Shown one piece after another: positions 21,057-30,676 of a stretch of 64,000 bases of DNA. This stretch comes from Candidatus Saccharimonadota bacterium. Its GTDB lineage: Bacteria; Patescibacteriota; Saccharimonadia; Saccharimonadales; JAXHMH01. Positions within the stretch are counted from its first letter, which is position 1; the number at the start of each line of letters is the position of its first letter. The position numbers and the translations under genes were made by a program. The stretch is from contig JAXHMH010000002.1 of assembly GCA_034521515.1 (NCBI GenBank), positions 280,379-344,378 on the forward strand, written 5' to 3'. The notes under the pieces are model-generated. The model searched no databases. It was not told the DNA's origin and saw only the letters and a program-made list of their open reading frames with translations.

Positions 21057-21941
21057 ATGGCGTATTATATATATATGACTCGCATCAAAACTAAATTTGT
21101 TCGTTATTTGCTTACTGTTTTTGGGATTTTATTCATTGCGACCATAATTGCGTTATTTTGGACAAACAATACCGGCGCTCCCGGCCAAAACGAATCTCAA
21201 CAGAACTCTCAGCCTGCCGCTATTGAAGAAGTGGAAGTAGTTGAGCCCCTTGAACCGGTTGTCGATTTACAACCTACGGTTGATACATGGACTTCTGAGC
21301 AATCCGGTGTTGCAAGTGTTGTAATCTATGACCTGACCGCCGAGGAAGAGGTAGCGTCGCATAATCCAGACAAGATTTACTTTGGTGCCAGTATCTACAA
21401 ACTTTATGTAGCTTATATCGGCTACCAGAAGATTGCCGACGGTACATATAGTCAAGCTGAACCTTATTATGGAGATTTGACCCGTGGAGATTGCTTGGAC
21501 GAAATGATACGGACATCTCATAGCCCTTGCGCAGAAAAGATGCGCTTGGAGCTTGGAATAGATTGGCTCGATAAAACTTTGCAGGACTACGGTATTCAAC
21601 ACTCCGCTATGGGTGATATTAGTACATCGGCTAGTGACGTATCGCGTATACTTCGCCGCTTATACGAACGCCGTGATCTTACCAATGAACACGCGGATGC
21701 AATGCTCGCATCCTTGAAAGACCAGATATATCAAGATGCACTAAAGGCTGGTTTTTCAGAGTCAACCGTACATAACAAAGTGGGCTTTCGAGGGTTAGTC
21801 GAGTACCATGATGTTGCAGTTGTGGAGTTCCAAAGTGGACAAGCTTATGTTATGAGCGTCCTTTCAGAAAATATCGGCGCACAAAATATTGCAGATCTGG
21901 CTACTCGCGTTGAGACAGCCGTGCTAGATGCAATCGAATAA
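21057..21941 (+). CDS. serine hydrolase, class A beta-lactamase-like
   Basis: N-terminal transmembrane helix and the S-x-x-K motif in FGASIYKLYVA. Confidence 0.55.
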   Translation: MAYYIYMTRIKTKFVRYLLTVFGILFIATIIALFWTNNTGAPGQNESQQNSQPAAIEEVEVVEPLEPVVDLQPTVDTWTSEQSGVASVVIYDLTAEEEVASHNPDKIYFGASIYKLYVAYIGYQKIADGTYSQAEPYYGDLTRGDCLDEMIRTSHSPCAEKMRLELGIDWLDKTLQDYGIQHSAMGDISTSASDVSRILRRLYERRDLTNEHADAMLASLKDQIYQDALKAGFSESTVHNKVGFRGLVEYHDVAVVEFQSGQAYVMSVLSENIGAQNIADLATRVETAVLDAIE

Positions 21942-21971
21942 GCCATAAATATATCGTATACTTGACTATAC

Positions 21972-22739
21972 ATGTCAAAAAAAGCTGTACTAATCACCTC
22001 TATTGTTAGCCTAGGCCTTCTGTTAGCCGGATTGTTTTTATACTTCACACAAATAGTAAAAGAGGATGCGCCACGTGAGACTTCTCACCAAGCTCCTGTT
22101 TCTAATACAGAGGAGGAGTCAAATGATGAACCGGACGAAGCGGCGTTTGATAAGACAACTTACTCGCTAACCGAACCCGGCAGTATCTGGCAGGTTGTTA
22201 ATAAGCAACGAGCCATATCAGCCAATTATGTGCCTGACGATCTTGTGGTGCCAAATGTTCGCCTACGTTTAGCGGCTAGCGCTGAACAAATGCAATTTAG
22301 AGAGGTGGCTACTGACGACCTAGAAACTATGTTTTCTGCAGCAGACCAAGAAGATATCATTTTGGTGTTTGGTAGCGGGTATCGTTCATACCAGCTACAA
22401 AAACAGTTCTACGACAGCTACGTTGCTCGTGATGGTCAAGCTGCGGCCGACCGTTACTCTGCCAGACCAGGAACCAGCGAACACCAAACTGGTATAAGTT
22501 TTGATGCCACTATCCCAGACCAGACATGCCACCTAGAAATTTGTTTTGAGGATACACCACAAGGCCAGTGGTTGGCTGAAAATGCTCACAAATACGGCTT
22601 TCATTTGCGCTACCGTGAGGGCAAGGAAAGCATTACTGGCTACCAGTACGAACCGTGGCACTTCCGCTACGTCGGCAAGGATCTCGCCAACGAGCTTCAC
22701 CGGCTCGATCTCACCATGGAAGAATTCTTCAACCTCTAA
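21972..22739 (+). CDS. D-alanyl-D-alanine carboxypeptidase, M15B/VanY family
   Basis: SGYRSY, ARPGTSEHQTGISFD and EPWHFRYVG are the metal-site motifs. Confidence 0.8.
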   Translation: MSKKAVLITSIVSLGLLLAGLFLYFTQIVKEDAPRETSHQAPVSNTEEESNDEPDEAAFDKTTYSLTEPGSIWQVVNKQRAISANYVPDDLVVPNVRLRLAASAEQMQFREVATDDLETMFSAADQEDIILVFGSGYRSYQLQKQFYDSYVARDGQAAADRYSARPGTSEHQTGISFDATIPDQTCHLEICFEDTPQGQWLAENAHKYGFHLRYREGKESITGYQYEPWHFRYVGKDLANELHRLDLTMEEFFNL

Positions 22740-22786
22740 AAAGGCTTATGCTTGCGGTGCGCCCCTTGAAAGCGTACTGTAAAAAT

Positions 22787-23053
22787 ATGGAGAATATCAC
22801 AGAACAACCATTCGATGCCTCACTGGGTGAAACAACCGTTGCACGACACCCAGGCGTATTTGGTAGATTGGGTAACCTCGTATGCTTACCTGACAATAAC
22901 GAAGAATACTCTACCTACCGCGAAAAGCGCGATATGGCCTGGGAGTCAACATTCGATGCAGACGGTCAAGCGCCGCACTGGGTACATGACTATCGCTACG
23001 AACCGGCTGACTGCCCCCGTTTAAATAAATGCGGCGACTGCCCAAACAAATAG
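22787..23053 (+). CDS. hypothetical small protein
   Basis: 88 aa counted from the internal Met (MENITEQPF...). The upstream part of the ORF overlaps the VanY gene. No family recognised. Confidence 0.35.
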   Translation: MENITEQPFDASLGETTVARHPGVFGRLGNLVCLPDNNEEYSTYREKRDMAWESTFDADGQAPHWVHDYRYEPADCPRLNKCGDCPNK

Positions 23054-23059
23054 AACCAA

Positions 23060-23850
23060 TAATTGTATAGTTTGTCGGCTTCATGCCGAACAGTCTGAAT
23101 ACGCAAGTCGGCTTGCGTATTCAGCAAATTCGAAATTTTAGGCTAGCGAAAGACGTTTCGACGGTCGCTTACAGCGACCTGTCCGACATACTTTCTTGTG
23201 TTGACAAGAAAGTAAGCAAAGAAACAACTGGCGACTGAAAAACACTGTAGCCTGTCTGAGCACGTCCAGGTCGCGGTCGCAAAGAACTCCCGCTGGTCGG
23301 TTCTGTTCTATTTTCTTAGTTACCTCGAACAGAACTGACTTTGCAGCAATTACTCGACCTGGTCGAACTCGCCAGGCTCCGGTTTTTCAGAGCCAGAACT
23401 CCGTGATGTACCAAACGGTACATCACGTATAGGAGTGTTCTTAGTTAAGAACACATTTAGTTGGGGTCACATCTGAAAGACAGAAGCGAAGGAGTGCTGG
23501 TTGGACGAGTCAAGCCGGTAGTCAAGCTCCGCCAAAGTAACTAGAAAAACTGGCGGAGCCGCTTGTCGTTCTGCCGGCGCGGCCAACCAGTGCTGCTTCG
23601 TGCTCTTGTTCTTTCAGTCGTGACGAGGTTTTTGGTTACTTTTGTCGGTAAAAAAGTAACAGGGTATTTGATTCTCCCGGCCTTCGCAGCAGTAAGCCTA
23701 TTTCCAAGACCTGGTCTTGGAAATAGCGATAATATTGTATAACTATCTTGTTGTTCGCTATGGCGGAGTAGGCTTGGAAGAGAAGGTTAACAGAAGCTTT
23801 CGTTTGCGGTGTTTTACTAAACGCGCCAGTCGAGTGGCGCGTTTAAATTG
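23060..23850. other. hairpin-dense non-coding tract (candidate large structured RNA or decayed palindromic-element cluster)
   Basis: At least 11 perfect or near-perfect stems were read directly. They lie at 23095-23124 (13 bp), 23163-23179, 23190-23213, 23300-23335, 23402-23427 (11 bp), 23435-23454, 23526-23559, 23635-23660, 23698-23726 (14 bp) and 23818-23845. A long imperfect pair joins 23466-23504 with 23583-23624. Confidence 0.6.
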
Positions 23851-24039
23851 CAGGCTATTAACGCTGCGTTGTTAGGTGATAGCCAGAACAAACCGGGCAT
23901 CTGTAGACACGGGTAGGTTTTTGGATATTTTTTAAGGTAAAAATTCAACGAGATAGAAGGTCGCCTAGGAGACAGCCGAAAGTATTGCTGAATCAAAGTG
24001 GAATATATTTTGTATTCTAGAATAAGCTGAAAAACAATT

Positions 24040-25227
24040 TTAGTATTCATCCGAACCAATAACCGGTACCTCTATATATCGGTTGAGAATTTGTTGCACC
24101 CATTGCGTCTGAGCTTCAACCGTAGTGTCGTGCGTACTTTGACGCAAAAGCTCGTCAGCTTGGTCTAGTGGCACCATAGAAAAGTTGTGGCGAGATAATA
24201 AATCTTCTTCTTCGCGCTGCTGAGCCGTCCATTCATAGTGTTGATACACCGGCATAAATTCTACGTTTTCGACAAATAGCTCCTCCTGATTGATATCAAT
24301 TATTGCAAAGCCACCTATCAAAGTCTCAATATCAATCTGGGAGTTTAAGAAGTTACCAAGTGAGAACCAAACAATCCCTTCCCGGCCGTTTGTGTCAGCT
24401 ATTCGTTTAACTGGTTGCAACACATGTGGGCCGTGTCCAAAAACAAAATCCGCGCCGGCGTTCACAACTTCTTGGGCAATCTCATTTTGCTCAGTATTTA
24501 TTTCAGTGCTGTACTCGGTGCCCCACCGCATACTCACGATTACAAAATCAACTTCGTCACGAGCGGCAGAGATTTCTTGCTGTGCCGTCTGTGAGTCATA
24601 CATGTTTAGCCCGTACGGCGTTAGATTCTGGTTATTGCTATAGGTTGTGTAAGCCAAAAAGCCAAAACTTACGCCATCAACTGTAAAAGTTCTAAGCTGT
24701 GCCTGTTCTTCTGCCGATCTGTTAGCTCCAGCATACGCCAAAACACCATCTTGGCGCTCCCATTCAGCTACCGTAGCATCAATCTGTCGCTTCCCCTTAT
24801 CGTTAATGTGATTTGACGCTAAATTAACGACGTTGCAACCAACTTTCACCATGTCTTGAGTGAATGCAAATGGTGCATTAAATACCGGGTAACCACTGAT
24901 GCCAAGCCTTTCGCCCCCTGCAGCGGTAGCTTGGTTGCAAAATCTCACATCAGCTTGCTGAAAGAAAGGTTGCATATCACTCATAAGCGATAAATAATCA
25001 TAGCTACCATCATCTTGACGAGCGTTTTCATTGATAGAGTCATGGGCGATCATGTCACCGGTCGCCACAATTCTGAGCAGACCATCGTCAGCCTCTGTTT
25101 CAGACTGCCCAGACTCAGGCTGCTCACTCATTTCCGTACTGTCATCACGAATCGCAAACCACCAGCCGGTAAAAACTAATCCGCCGGCCACAAGAGCAAC
25201 CAGTACGATTAAAGCAATCTTTTTCAT
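24040..25227 (-). CDS. CapA-like metallophosphoesterase, membrane-anchored (paralog of 19834-21012)
   Basis: N-terminal transmembrane helix, IVATGDMIAHD, NLASNHINDKG and FGHGPHVLQ motifs. Confidence 0.65.
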   Translation of the reverse strand: MKKIALIVLVALVAGGLVFTGWWFAIRDDSTEMSEQPESGQSETEADDGLLRIVATGDMIAHDSINENARQDDGSYDYLSLMSDMQPFFQQADVRFCNQATAAGGERLGISGYPVFNAPFAFTQDMVKVGCNVVNLASNHINDKGKRQIDATVAEWERQDGVLAYAGANRSAEEQAQLRTFTVDGVSFGFLAYTTYSNNQNLTPYGLNMYDSQTAQQEISAARDEVDFVIVSMRWGTEYSTEINTEQNEIAQEVVNAGADFVFGHGPHVLQPVKRIADTNGREGIVWFSLGNFLNSQIDIETLIGGFAIIDINQEELFVENVEFMPVYQHYEWTAQQREEEDLLSRHNFSMVPLDQADELLRQSTHDTTVEAQTQWVQQILNRYIEVPVIGSDEY

Positions 25228-25230
25228 AAA

Positions 25231-25620
25231 CTACTTGACCTCCTCTGACTTAAAATCAAGACTAAGTGAATTTACGCAAAACCGCATACCAGTCGGCTGA
25301 TCCGGAGCATCGTTAAACACATGGCCCAAATGCCCGCCACAATTCACGCAAGTTATTTCAACGCGATGCATACCCTGGCTGGTATCGTGAGTTAATTTTA
25401 CCGCTTTGGGATCTGCCACATCATAAAAGCTTGGCCAGCCCGATCCTGAGTCAAATTTTGTTTCACTATGAAACAGCTTGTTGCCACAAGCTGCGCAGAC
25501 ATACAGGCCAGCAGATTTATTGTGCAAAAATGCGCCAGAAAAGGGTGTCTCGGTTTGGCGGTTAAAAAGCACGTCTTTTTGCTCCGGTGTAAGGTGTGTG
25601 TACTTTCGCTTACTAGCCAT
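25231..25620 (-). CDS. msrB: peptide-methionine (R)-S-oxide reductase
   Basis: Two CxxC pairs (CAACGNKLF, CVNCGGHLGHVF) and the catalytic RFCVNS. Confidence 0.9.
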   Translation of the reverse strand: MASKRKYTHLTPEQKDVLFNRQTETPFSGAFLHNKSAGLYVCAACGNKLFHSETKFDSGSGWPSFYDVADPKAVKLTHDTSQGMHRVEITCVNCGGHLGHVFNDAPDQPTGMRFCVNSLSLDFKSEEVK

Positions 25621-25732
25621 TGTTACCTCTATAAGTTTGCAATGATAGCGTTTTTAATTTTGAGACAGCTTGTATAGTTAATCTATCTCGCCAACTTCTC
25701 GCTATCTATGAGGTGCATTATAACTTGGTTGA

Positions 25733-26974
25733 TTAGTTTGGCAACTGCGCCTCTCTTTGGCGTTTGGCAGCAATAATTCGTTCGACTGCAACCGTATAGG
25801 CCGCCTCCTTGAATGAGCAACTATGTTGTTGGCTGGCCTTATAAATTGATTCAGTGGCTGACTCCAGATATTCACGAAGCATTGTATTAACTCGGTTTTC
25901 TTCCCAGTGCTCCCGCTGCTTGTTTTGCAGCCACTCGATGTAGCTTACTGTAACACCACCAGCATTAGCTAGGATATCTGGTATAACGTCTACACCCCTG
26001 TTCGTGAGTAACTCATACGCCTCACCATCAACAGGCCCATTAGCAAGCTCGAGTACATAACGTGCTCGTATATCGTGGGAATTTTTTTGTGTAACCACTC
26101 CAGCAGCAGCAGCCAGCACCATTACATCACAATCAATACTGTAGATACTCTCCGGCTCAATCTCCTCACTACTGTCTGTCTTATAGCCGGCAAAGCTTCG
26201 ATTATTGTTTTGCTTATATTCCAGTAAATCTTGAGCATCAAAGCCATTTTCATCATACAAACCGCTGACTGAATTGGTTACTGCCACAAGCTTCCATTTG
26301 GGGCGTTCTTCCTGCATAACAGTTGCGAAAAATGAGCCGACATTACCGTACCCCTGCAAAGCAATCTTTAGAGGTTTATTGCCCTTTCCAGTTAGATCTA
26401 ACAAGCGCTCCAAAACCATCAGCCCGCCTCGCCCGGTTGCTGCCTCACGCCCTTGGCTACCATTATTGTTAAGCGATTTACCTGTAAAACTTGCTTTGGT
26501 TTTATCTCCGGTTTTCTTCTCAAACTCGTCTACCATCCAGTCAATAACTTTGGCGTTGGTATTCATATCAGGAGCTGGGATGTCCTTATCAGGTCCAATG
26601 TACTCATATAATTGAGCAACATACTTGCGCGAGACTTCCTCTAGCTGCTTATCGTCCAAATGTCTGCCGTCAATCTGCACTCCCCCTTTCGCTCCGCCCA
26701 AAGGCAGGCCTATTGCAGCTGTTTTAAGGGTCATAAGCAATGCTAACGCACGTACCTCATCAAGTGTGACGCCTAAACTAAACCTGATTCCTCCCTTATA
26801 CGGACCCAGTTCGTTGTTATGCTGCACGCGATAAGCCTTATGTATATTTCCATCATCAAGCTTAAACTTGAAACTATGCTCCGCATTTGCTTTCAACAAG
26901 TAATCTGTTTCTTGGTTTGTTAGATCGAGTTTTTTGGCAACACGACGAACGGCCTCATGAGCGGTTTGAAGCAT
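25733..26974 (-). CDS. Glu/Leu/Phe/Val-family amino-acid dehydrogenase
   Basis: GPYKGGIRF, GLPLGGAKGG and the Rossmann motif QGYGNVG. Confidence 0.85.
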   Translation of the reverse strand: MLQTAHEAVRRVAKKLDLTNQETDYLLKANAEHSFKFKLDDGNIHKAYRVQHNNELGPYKGGIRFSLGVTLDEVRALALLMTLKTAAIGLPLGGAKGGVQIDGRHLDDKQLEEVSRKYVAQLYEYIGPDKDIPAPDMNTNAKVIDWMVDEFEKKTGDKTKASFTGKSLNNNGSQGREAATGRGGLMVLERLLDLTGKGNKPLKIALQGYGNVGSFFATVMQEERPKWKLVAVTNSVSGLYDENGFDAQDLLEYKQNNNRSFAGYKTDSSEEIEPESIYSIDCDVMVLAAAAGVVTQKNSHDIRARYVLELANGPVDGEAYELLTNRGVDVIPDILANAGGVTVSYIEWLQNKQREHWEENRVNTMLREYLESATESIYKASQQHSCSFKEAAYTVAVERIIAAKRQREAQLPN

Positions 26975-27029
26975 CTGTCATTTCTCCTCAGGATTTATAA
27001 TTTTTAAAATGGAGCGGTGCATGATCGTT

Positions 27030-28688
27030 TTATAGCCTATCTGGCGCCGGTATACCAAGAAGCTGCAAACCATCTTTTAAAACGTCGGCATATTGTTTAA
27101 CTATCGCCACCCGGATAGATTCTCGCTTATCACCGATAACTCGGTTGTGTTCATAAAACCGATTAAACTGCTGCGCAAGTTCATATAGATAGTTACAAAC
27201 ATGGTGCGGCATTAATTCTACGACAGCTTTTTGTAACATATCTTCGTATTCAGTAATCTTGCGGACAAGTGTTCGCTCATCTGATTCAAGTTCAACTTCC
27301 TGTTTTGTAGTCTGTTTGGCTTTCGCAAGAACACTTCGAGCTCGAGCGTGGGCATATTGCAAATACGGGCCAGAGTTACCTTCCAGGCTTATAGCATCGT
27401 TAATGTCAAAAATAACATCGCCACCAACACGTACCCTCAACATTGTGTAGCGTAAGGCACCGATAACTCCGTCAGCAACAGTTGATTCATTTTTAGTCCG
27501 ACGACGAATCGCCTTTTCAAGCTCATCAAACAACCAACCAATATTTATGGCTGTCCCTTTACGTGAACTCATTTTTCCAGTAGCCAACTTCACCATACCG
27601 GTCGATATATTATACGTCTCGCTGTTGATATCCGTCATAGAAAGCTCGGCTGCTTTTAAAACAACTTTAAAATATTCTTGTTGTTCATTGGCTGTCACAA
27701 CGTAACTTGATTGCGGGCGAAACTCGTACTCTTTCAATTGTATAAGACCGAGATCGCGAGCTTCATAAAGCGTGTTGTCACGAGCATTGATAAAAACCCT
27801 GGTGTGTAAATCGTACTTCTCGCCTGGGAAAATCACTGCACCATCGCTTTTTTCAAAAACCTTTCCAATATGACGTTCCACGATAGATCGACCTACTCGG
27901 TCTGTTTCGCGTTCCAGATATTGTCGTTTTGTAGGCTTACTGCCCAACGCTTTAAAAGCTTGGTTAAAATAATCAAAACTCCATTGCTTACAAGTTTCGT
28001 AAACTTGTTCAAACAACGGGTCATCAAGCACAAAGGATTGTTGAGCCAACACTTCAATTTGCTCCTTTGCCAAATCATCTTTTTCGTAGGTGTCAGCTCC
28101 TTCAGCATACATTTTGCTCAGAAACGTCGAGCGCTCGCTTTCTGCTATAGCACCAAGCGAAGCCGGATTATTATCAATTGATCTGAGTATCGCCCACATG
28201 CTTTTGCCAACATGTAAACCAACGTCGCCGTGATAGCTAACTCGATGAACGCTACCTTGACCCGCCTCAAGTAAATTGGCAATGCTATCAGCAACAATGG
28301 AATTGTAAGCATGGCCTATGTGTAAATCCTTGAACGGATTAGGGTTATTTGTCTCGATGACAATATCTTGTTCAAAATAATTTACTGGTGGCCTTATACC
28401 GGCATACAACTCGTCTAGTAACGCTTGGTCGCTTAACCTAAAGTTTATAAAACCCGGCCCGGCAACACTAATGTCATCAATATCTGTATTTAGTATATCT
28501 CGTAATTTACCAACTAACTCTTCGGCGACTGTTTGTGGTGATTTACCGACTTTTTTACTCAACTGCAGTGCAATATTGGTTGCATAATCACCAAATTGTT
28601 CATCCGTACGATTCAGTTCCGGATTTATGTCAATATTGTATACATTTTTTGCTGTTTCCCGTAAGCTGGTGGATATTTTTTTCCTCAT
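27030..28688 (-). CDS. argS: arginine--tRNA ligase
   Basis: HIGH-type motif NPFKDLHIGHAYN, an MSSRKG (KMSK-like) motif, and a C-terminal anticodon-binding domain with a terminal RL. Confidence 0.9.
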   Translation of the reverse strand: MRKKISTSLRETAKNVYNIDINPELNRTDEQFGDYATNIALQLSKKVGKSPQTVAEELVGKLRDILNTDIDDISVAGPGFINFRLSDQALLDELYAGIRPPVNYFEQDIVIETNNPNPFKDLHIGHAYNSIVADSIANLLEAGQGSVHRVSYHGDVGLHVGKSMWAILRSIDNNPASLGAIAESERSTFLSKMYAEGADTYEKDDLAKEQIEVLAQQSFVLDDPLFEQVYETCKQWSFDYFNQAFKALGSKPTKRQYLERETDRVGRSIVERHIGKVFEKSDGAVIFPGEKYDLHTRVFINARDNTLYEARDLGLIQLKEYEFRPQSSYVVTANEQQEYFKVVLKAAELSMTDINSETYNISTGMVKLATGKMSSRKGTAINIGWLFDELEKAIRRRTKNESTVADGVIGALRYTMLRVRVGGDVIFDINDAISLEGNSGPYLQYAHARARSVLAKAKQTTKQEVELESDERTLVRKITEYEDMLQKAVVELMPHHVCNYLYELAQQFNRFYEHNRVIGDKRESIRVAIVKQYADVLKDGLQLLGIPAPDRL

Positions 28689-28730
28689 TGTTCATTTAGT
28701 ATAACAGGATACGCTATACTAAAGCCTATC

Positions 28731-29375
28731 GTGGCCATAATTGATAATGTTTTAGACATACCTAGAGATCTTATTCGCTCTCTTATGCGAAGAGTGGCTA
28801 GCTGGCTTCATGCCGTTAGTGGCGGTAGGTTAAGTCCTAACCTAGTAACGTACACCGGGCTAATTGCCCACTTGCCAATCGCCTGGCTTATATCCCAAGG
28901 TTACTTTGGATATGCGGCTTTTGGTTTAGTTTTTTTTGGTCTGTTTGACACGCTCGATGGCGAACTGGCACGCCTGCAAAACAAAGCCAGCAATGCTGGT
29001 ATGTTGCTAGATGCCACCACTGACCGCATGAAAGAAACCATCCTATACGCTGGTGTTGCCTACGTGTTTGTTTTGAGCGGACAGCCATACTACGCAGTTT
29101 GGGCTGTGACTGCTGTAGGCGGTAGTATATTGGTTAGCTACGTCAAAGCAAAAGGCGAAACCGCCGTAAAAGACCTGAAACTAACACCGAACCAAATTAA
29201 CCGGTTATTTTCTGATGGACTTATGAGATTTGAGGTTCGTATGGCCTTACTGGTTGTTGCGCTACTTCTAAACTACCTGGCGGCAGCAATCGTTATTATC
29301 ACGTTGCTGACTTGGGTAACAGCGTTGGGGAGACTTTTCAAAATTAGCCGAAAGCTGACCGCTCATGAAGATTGA
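28731..29375 (+). CDS. CDP-alcohol phosphatidyltransferase
   Basis: DTLDGELARLQNKASNAGMLLDATTDRMKE matches D-G-x2-A-R-x8-G-x3-D-x3-D. Multi-pass membrane protein with a GTG start. Confidence 0.8.
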   Translation: MAIIDNVLDIPRDLIRSLMRRVASWLHAVSGGRLSPNLVTYTGLIAHLPIAWLISQGYFGYAAFGLVFFGLFDTLDGELARLQNKASNAGMLLDATTDRMKETILYAGVAYVFVLSGQPYYAVWAVTAVGGSILVSYVKAKGETAVKDLKLTPNQINRLFSDGLMRFEVRMALLVVALLLNYLAAAIVIITLLTWVTALGRLFKISRKLTAHED

Positions 29376-30015
29376 TCTCCACACTCATTCTATTGCTTCG
29401 CATGACGGCGGCATTTCCGCCGAACAGTATAAAAATTCTCTCCACAACGGACAGCTAGACTATATTGCCATTACTGACCATAATCGCATAGATTTTGCGA
29501 CACGACTTAATGATGAACTCGGCGAACAAATCATCGTTGGCGAAGAAATCATGACTACGGCTGGTGAAGTTATTGGTTTATATCTAAAAAAGCCAGTGTT
29601 GGCTGGACTATCACTGCGTCAAGCGGTTGATGAAATCAAAAAGCAAGACGGGCTGGTTTATATACCCCACCCGTTTGAAAATGCCCGCAAAGGTCTTCAG
29701 TCTGAAGCTCTCGAACAAATCTTGGATGACATTGATATTTTTGAAGTTTGTAATGGACGAGCCTTTTTGCAAAATCGTGGCCAACAAGCGGTGGTTTGGG
29801 CACGACTCAATCGTGTAGCTACAGCTGCCAGTAGTGACGCTCATGGGTCACGTGGTCTGGGCAAGACTGCCACACTCATAGATGAACCACCTGCCCGAGA
29901 TAACTTAGTCCAAGTTCTCGGCAGAGGAACGCTACTGACTGACCGACCAGGAATCCGAAGTCTCCTCTATCCGAAGTATCATCGTTTACGTAAAAAAATA
30001 GGACGAACGGAATGA
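29365..30015 (+). CDS. PHP-domain phosphoesterase
   Basis: MKIDLHTHSIASHDG, ITDHN and a later SDAHG metal-ligand motif. It overlaps the upstream gene by 11 nt, which suggests translational coupling. Confidence 0.75.
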   Translation: MKIDLHTHSIASHDGGISAEQYKNSLHNGQLDYIAITDHNRIDFATRLNDELGEQIIVGEEIMTTAGEVIGLYLKKPVLAGLSLRQAVDEIKKQDGLVYIPHPFENARKGLQSEALEQILDDIDIFEVCNGRAFLQNRGQQAVVWARLNRVATAASSDAHGSRGLGKTATLIDEPPARDNLVQVLGRGTLLTDRPGIRSLLYPKYHRLRKKIGRTE

Positions 30016-30100
30016 GAAATTTTACATTTTATATTTTACATTTCACAATTAATTATCATTGGGTACGCAAGGATAATTTCAAAATGGCAACTGCAAAATC

Positions 30101-30128
30101 AATGGCAAATGGCCAATGGCCAATGGCC
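30101..30128. repeat. heptanucleotide tandem repeat (AATGGCA, then AATGGCC x3) at the 5' end of the CarS-like gene
   Basis: Read directly from the sequence: aatggca aatggcc aatggcc aatggcc. Each unit contains an ATG. Confidence 0.9.
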
Positions 30129-30151
30129 AAATCTTACCTTGGAGGTGCAAG

Positions 30152-30676
30152 GTGAATGAATGGTGGGAAGCGTTTTGGTTCTTTTTACCAGCCGGCTTTG
30201 CTAATATGAGTCCGATTTTGGCCGCACGACTGCCTCTTTTAAGACACTGGGGCACACCGATTGACTTCGGTGTTAAGTACAAAGGCGAACGATTACTGGG
30301 TGCCAACAAAACCTGGCGTGGCTTATTGTTTGGCGTGCTGGTTGGAGTTTTAGTAGCACTATTTCAATATCGTTTCATTGCCAGCAGTGCAGAATCAGTC
30401 GGTTTTATTGTTTTAGTTGGGGCGGCGCTAGGCTTTGGCGCACTGGTTGGCGATGCGGTTGAAAGTTATTTTAAGCGTCGCAGCCAGGTACCGGCCGGTG
30501 AAAGCTGGTTTCCATTTGACCAAACCGACTATATCGTCGGTGGCGTATTATTCGCTAGCTTGTTTGTCTCACTTGGTCTAGCTGACATTCTCCGTATCAC
30601 ACTCATATATTTCGGACTGCACCTAATGATGAGTTATGTCGGCTACCTAACGGGAGTCAAAAAGCGCCCTATCTAG
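30152..30676 (+). CDS. CDP-archaeol synthase-like protein (CarS/DUF46 family)
   Basis: FLPAGFANMSP, GANKTWRG, GDAVESYFKRR and FDQTDY match the CarS pattern as I recall it. The GTG at 30152 follows GGAGG by 6 nt. The ORF itself opens at 30116, inside the heptamer repeat. Confidence 0.65.
   Translation: MNEWWEAFWFFLPAGFANMSPILAARLPLLRHWGTPIDFGVKYKGERLLGANKTWRGLLFGVLVGVLVALFQYRFIASSAESVGFIVLVGAALGFGALVGDAVESYFKRRSQVPAGESWFPFDQTDYIVGGVLFASLFVSLGLADILRITLIYFGLHLMMSYVGYLTGVKKRPI

Noticed and set aside
23817-24059. The 80-aa minus-strand ORF at the right edge of the hairpin-dense tract
   Set aside because: It reads through the 29-nt repeated hairpin, overlaps the stop region of the CapA-like gene, and has an implausible composition.
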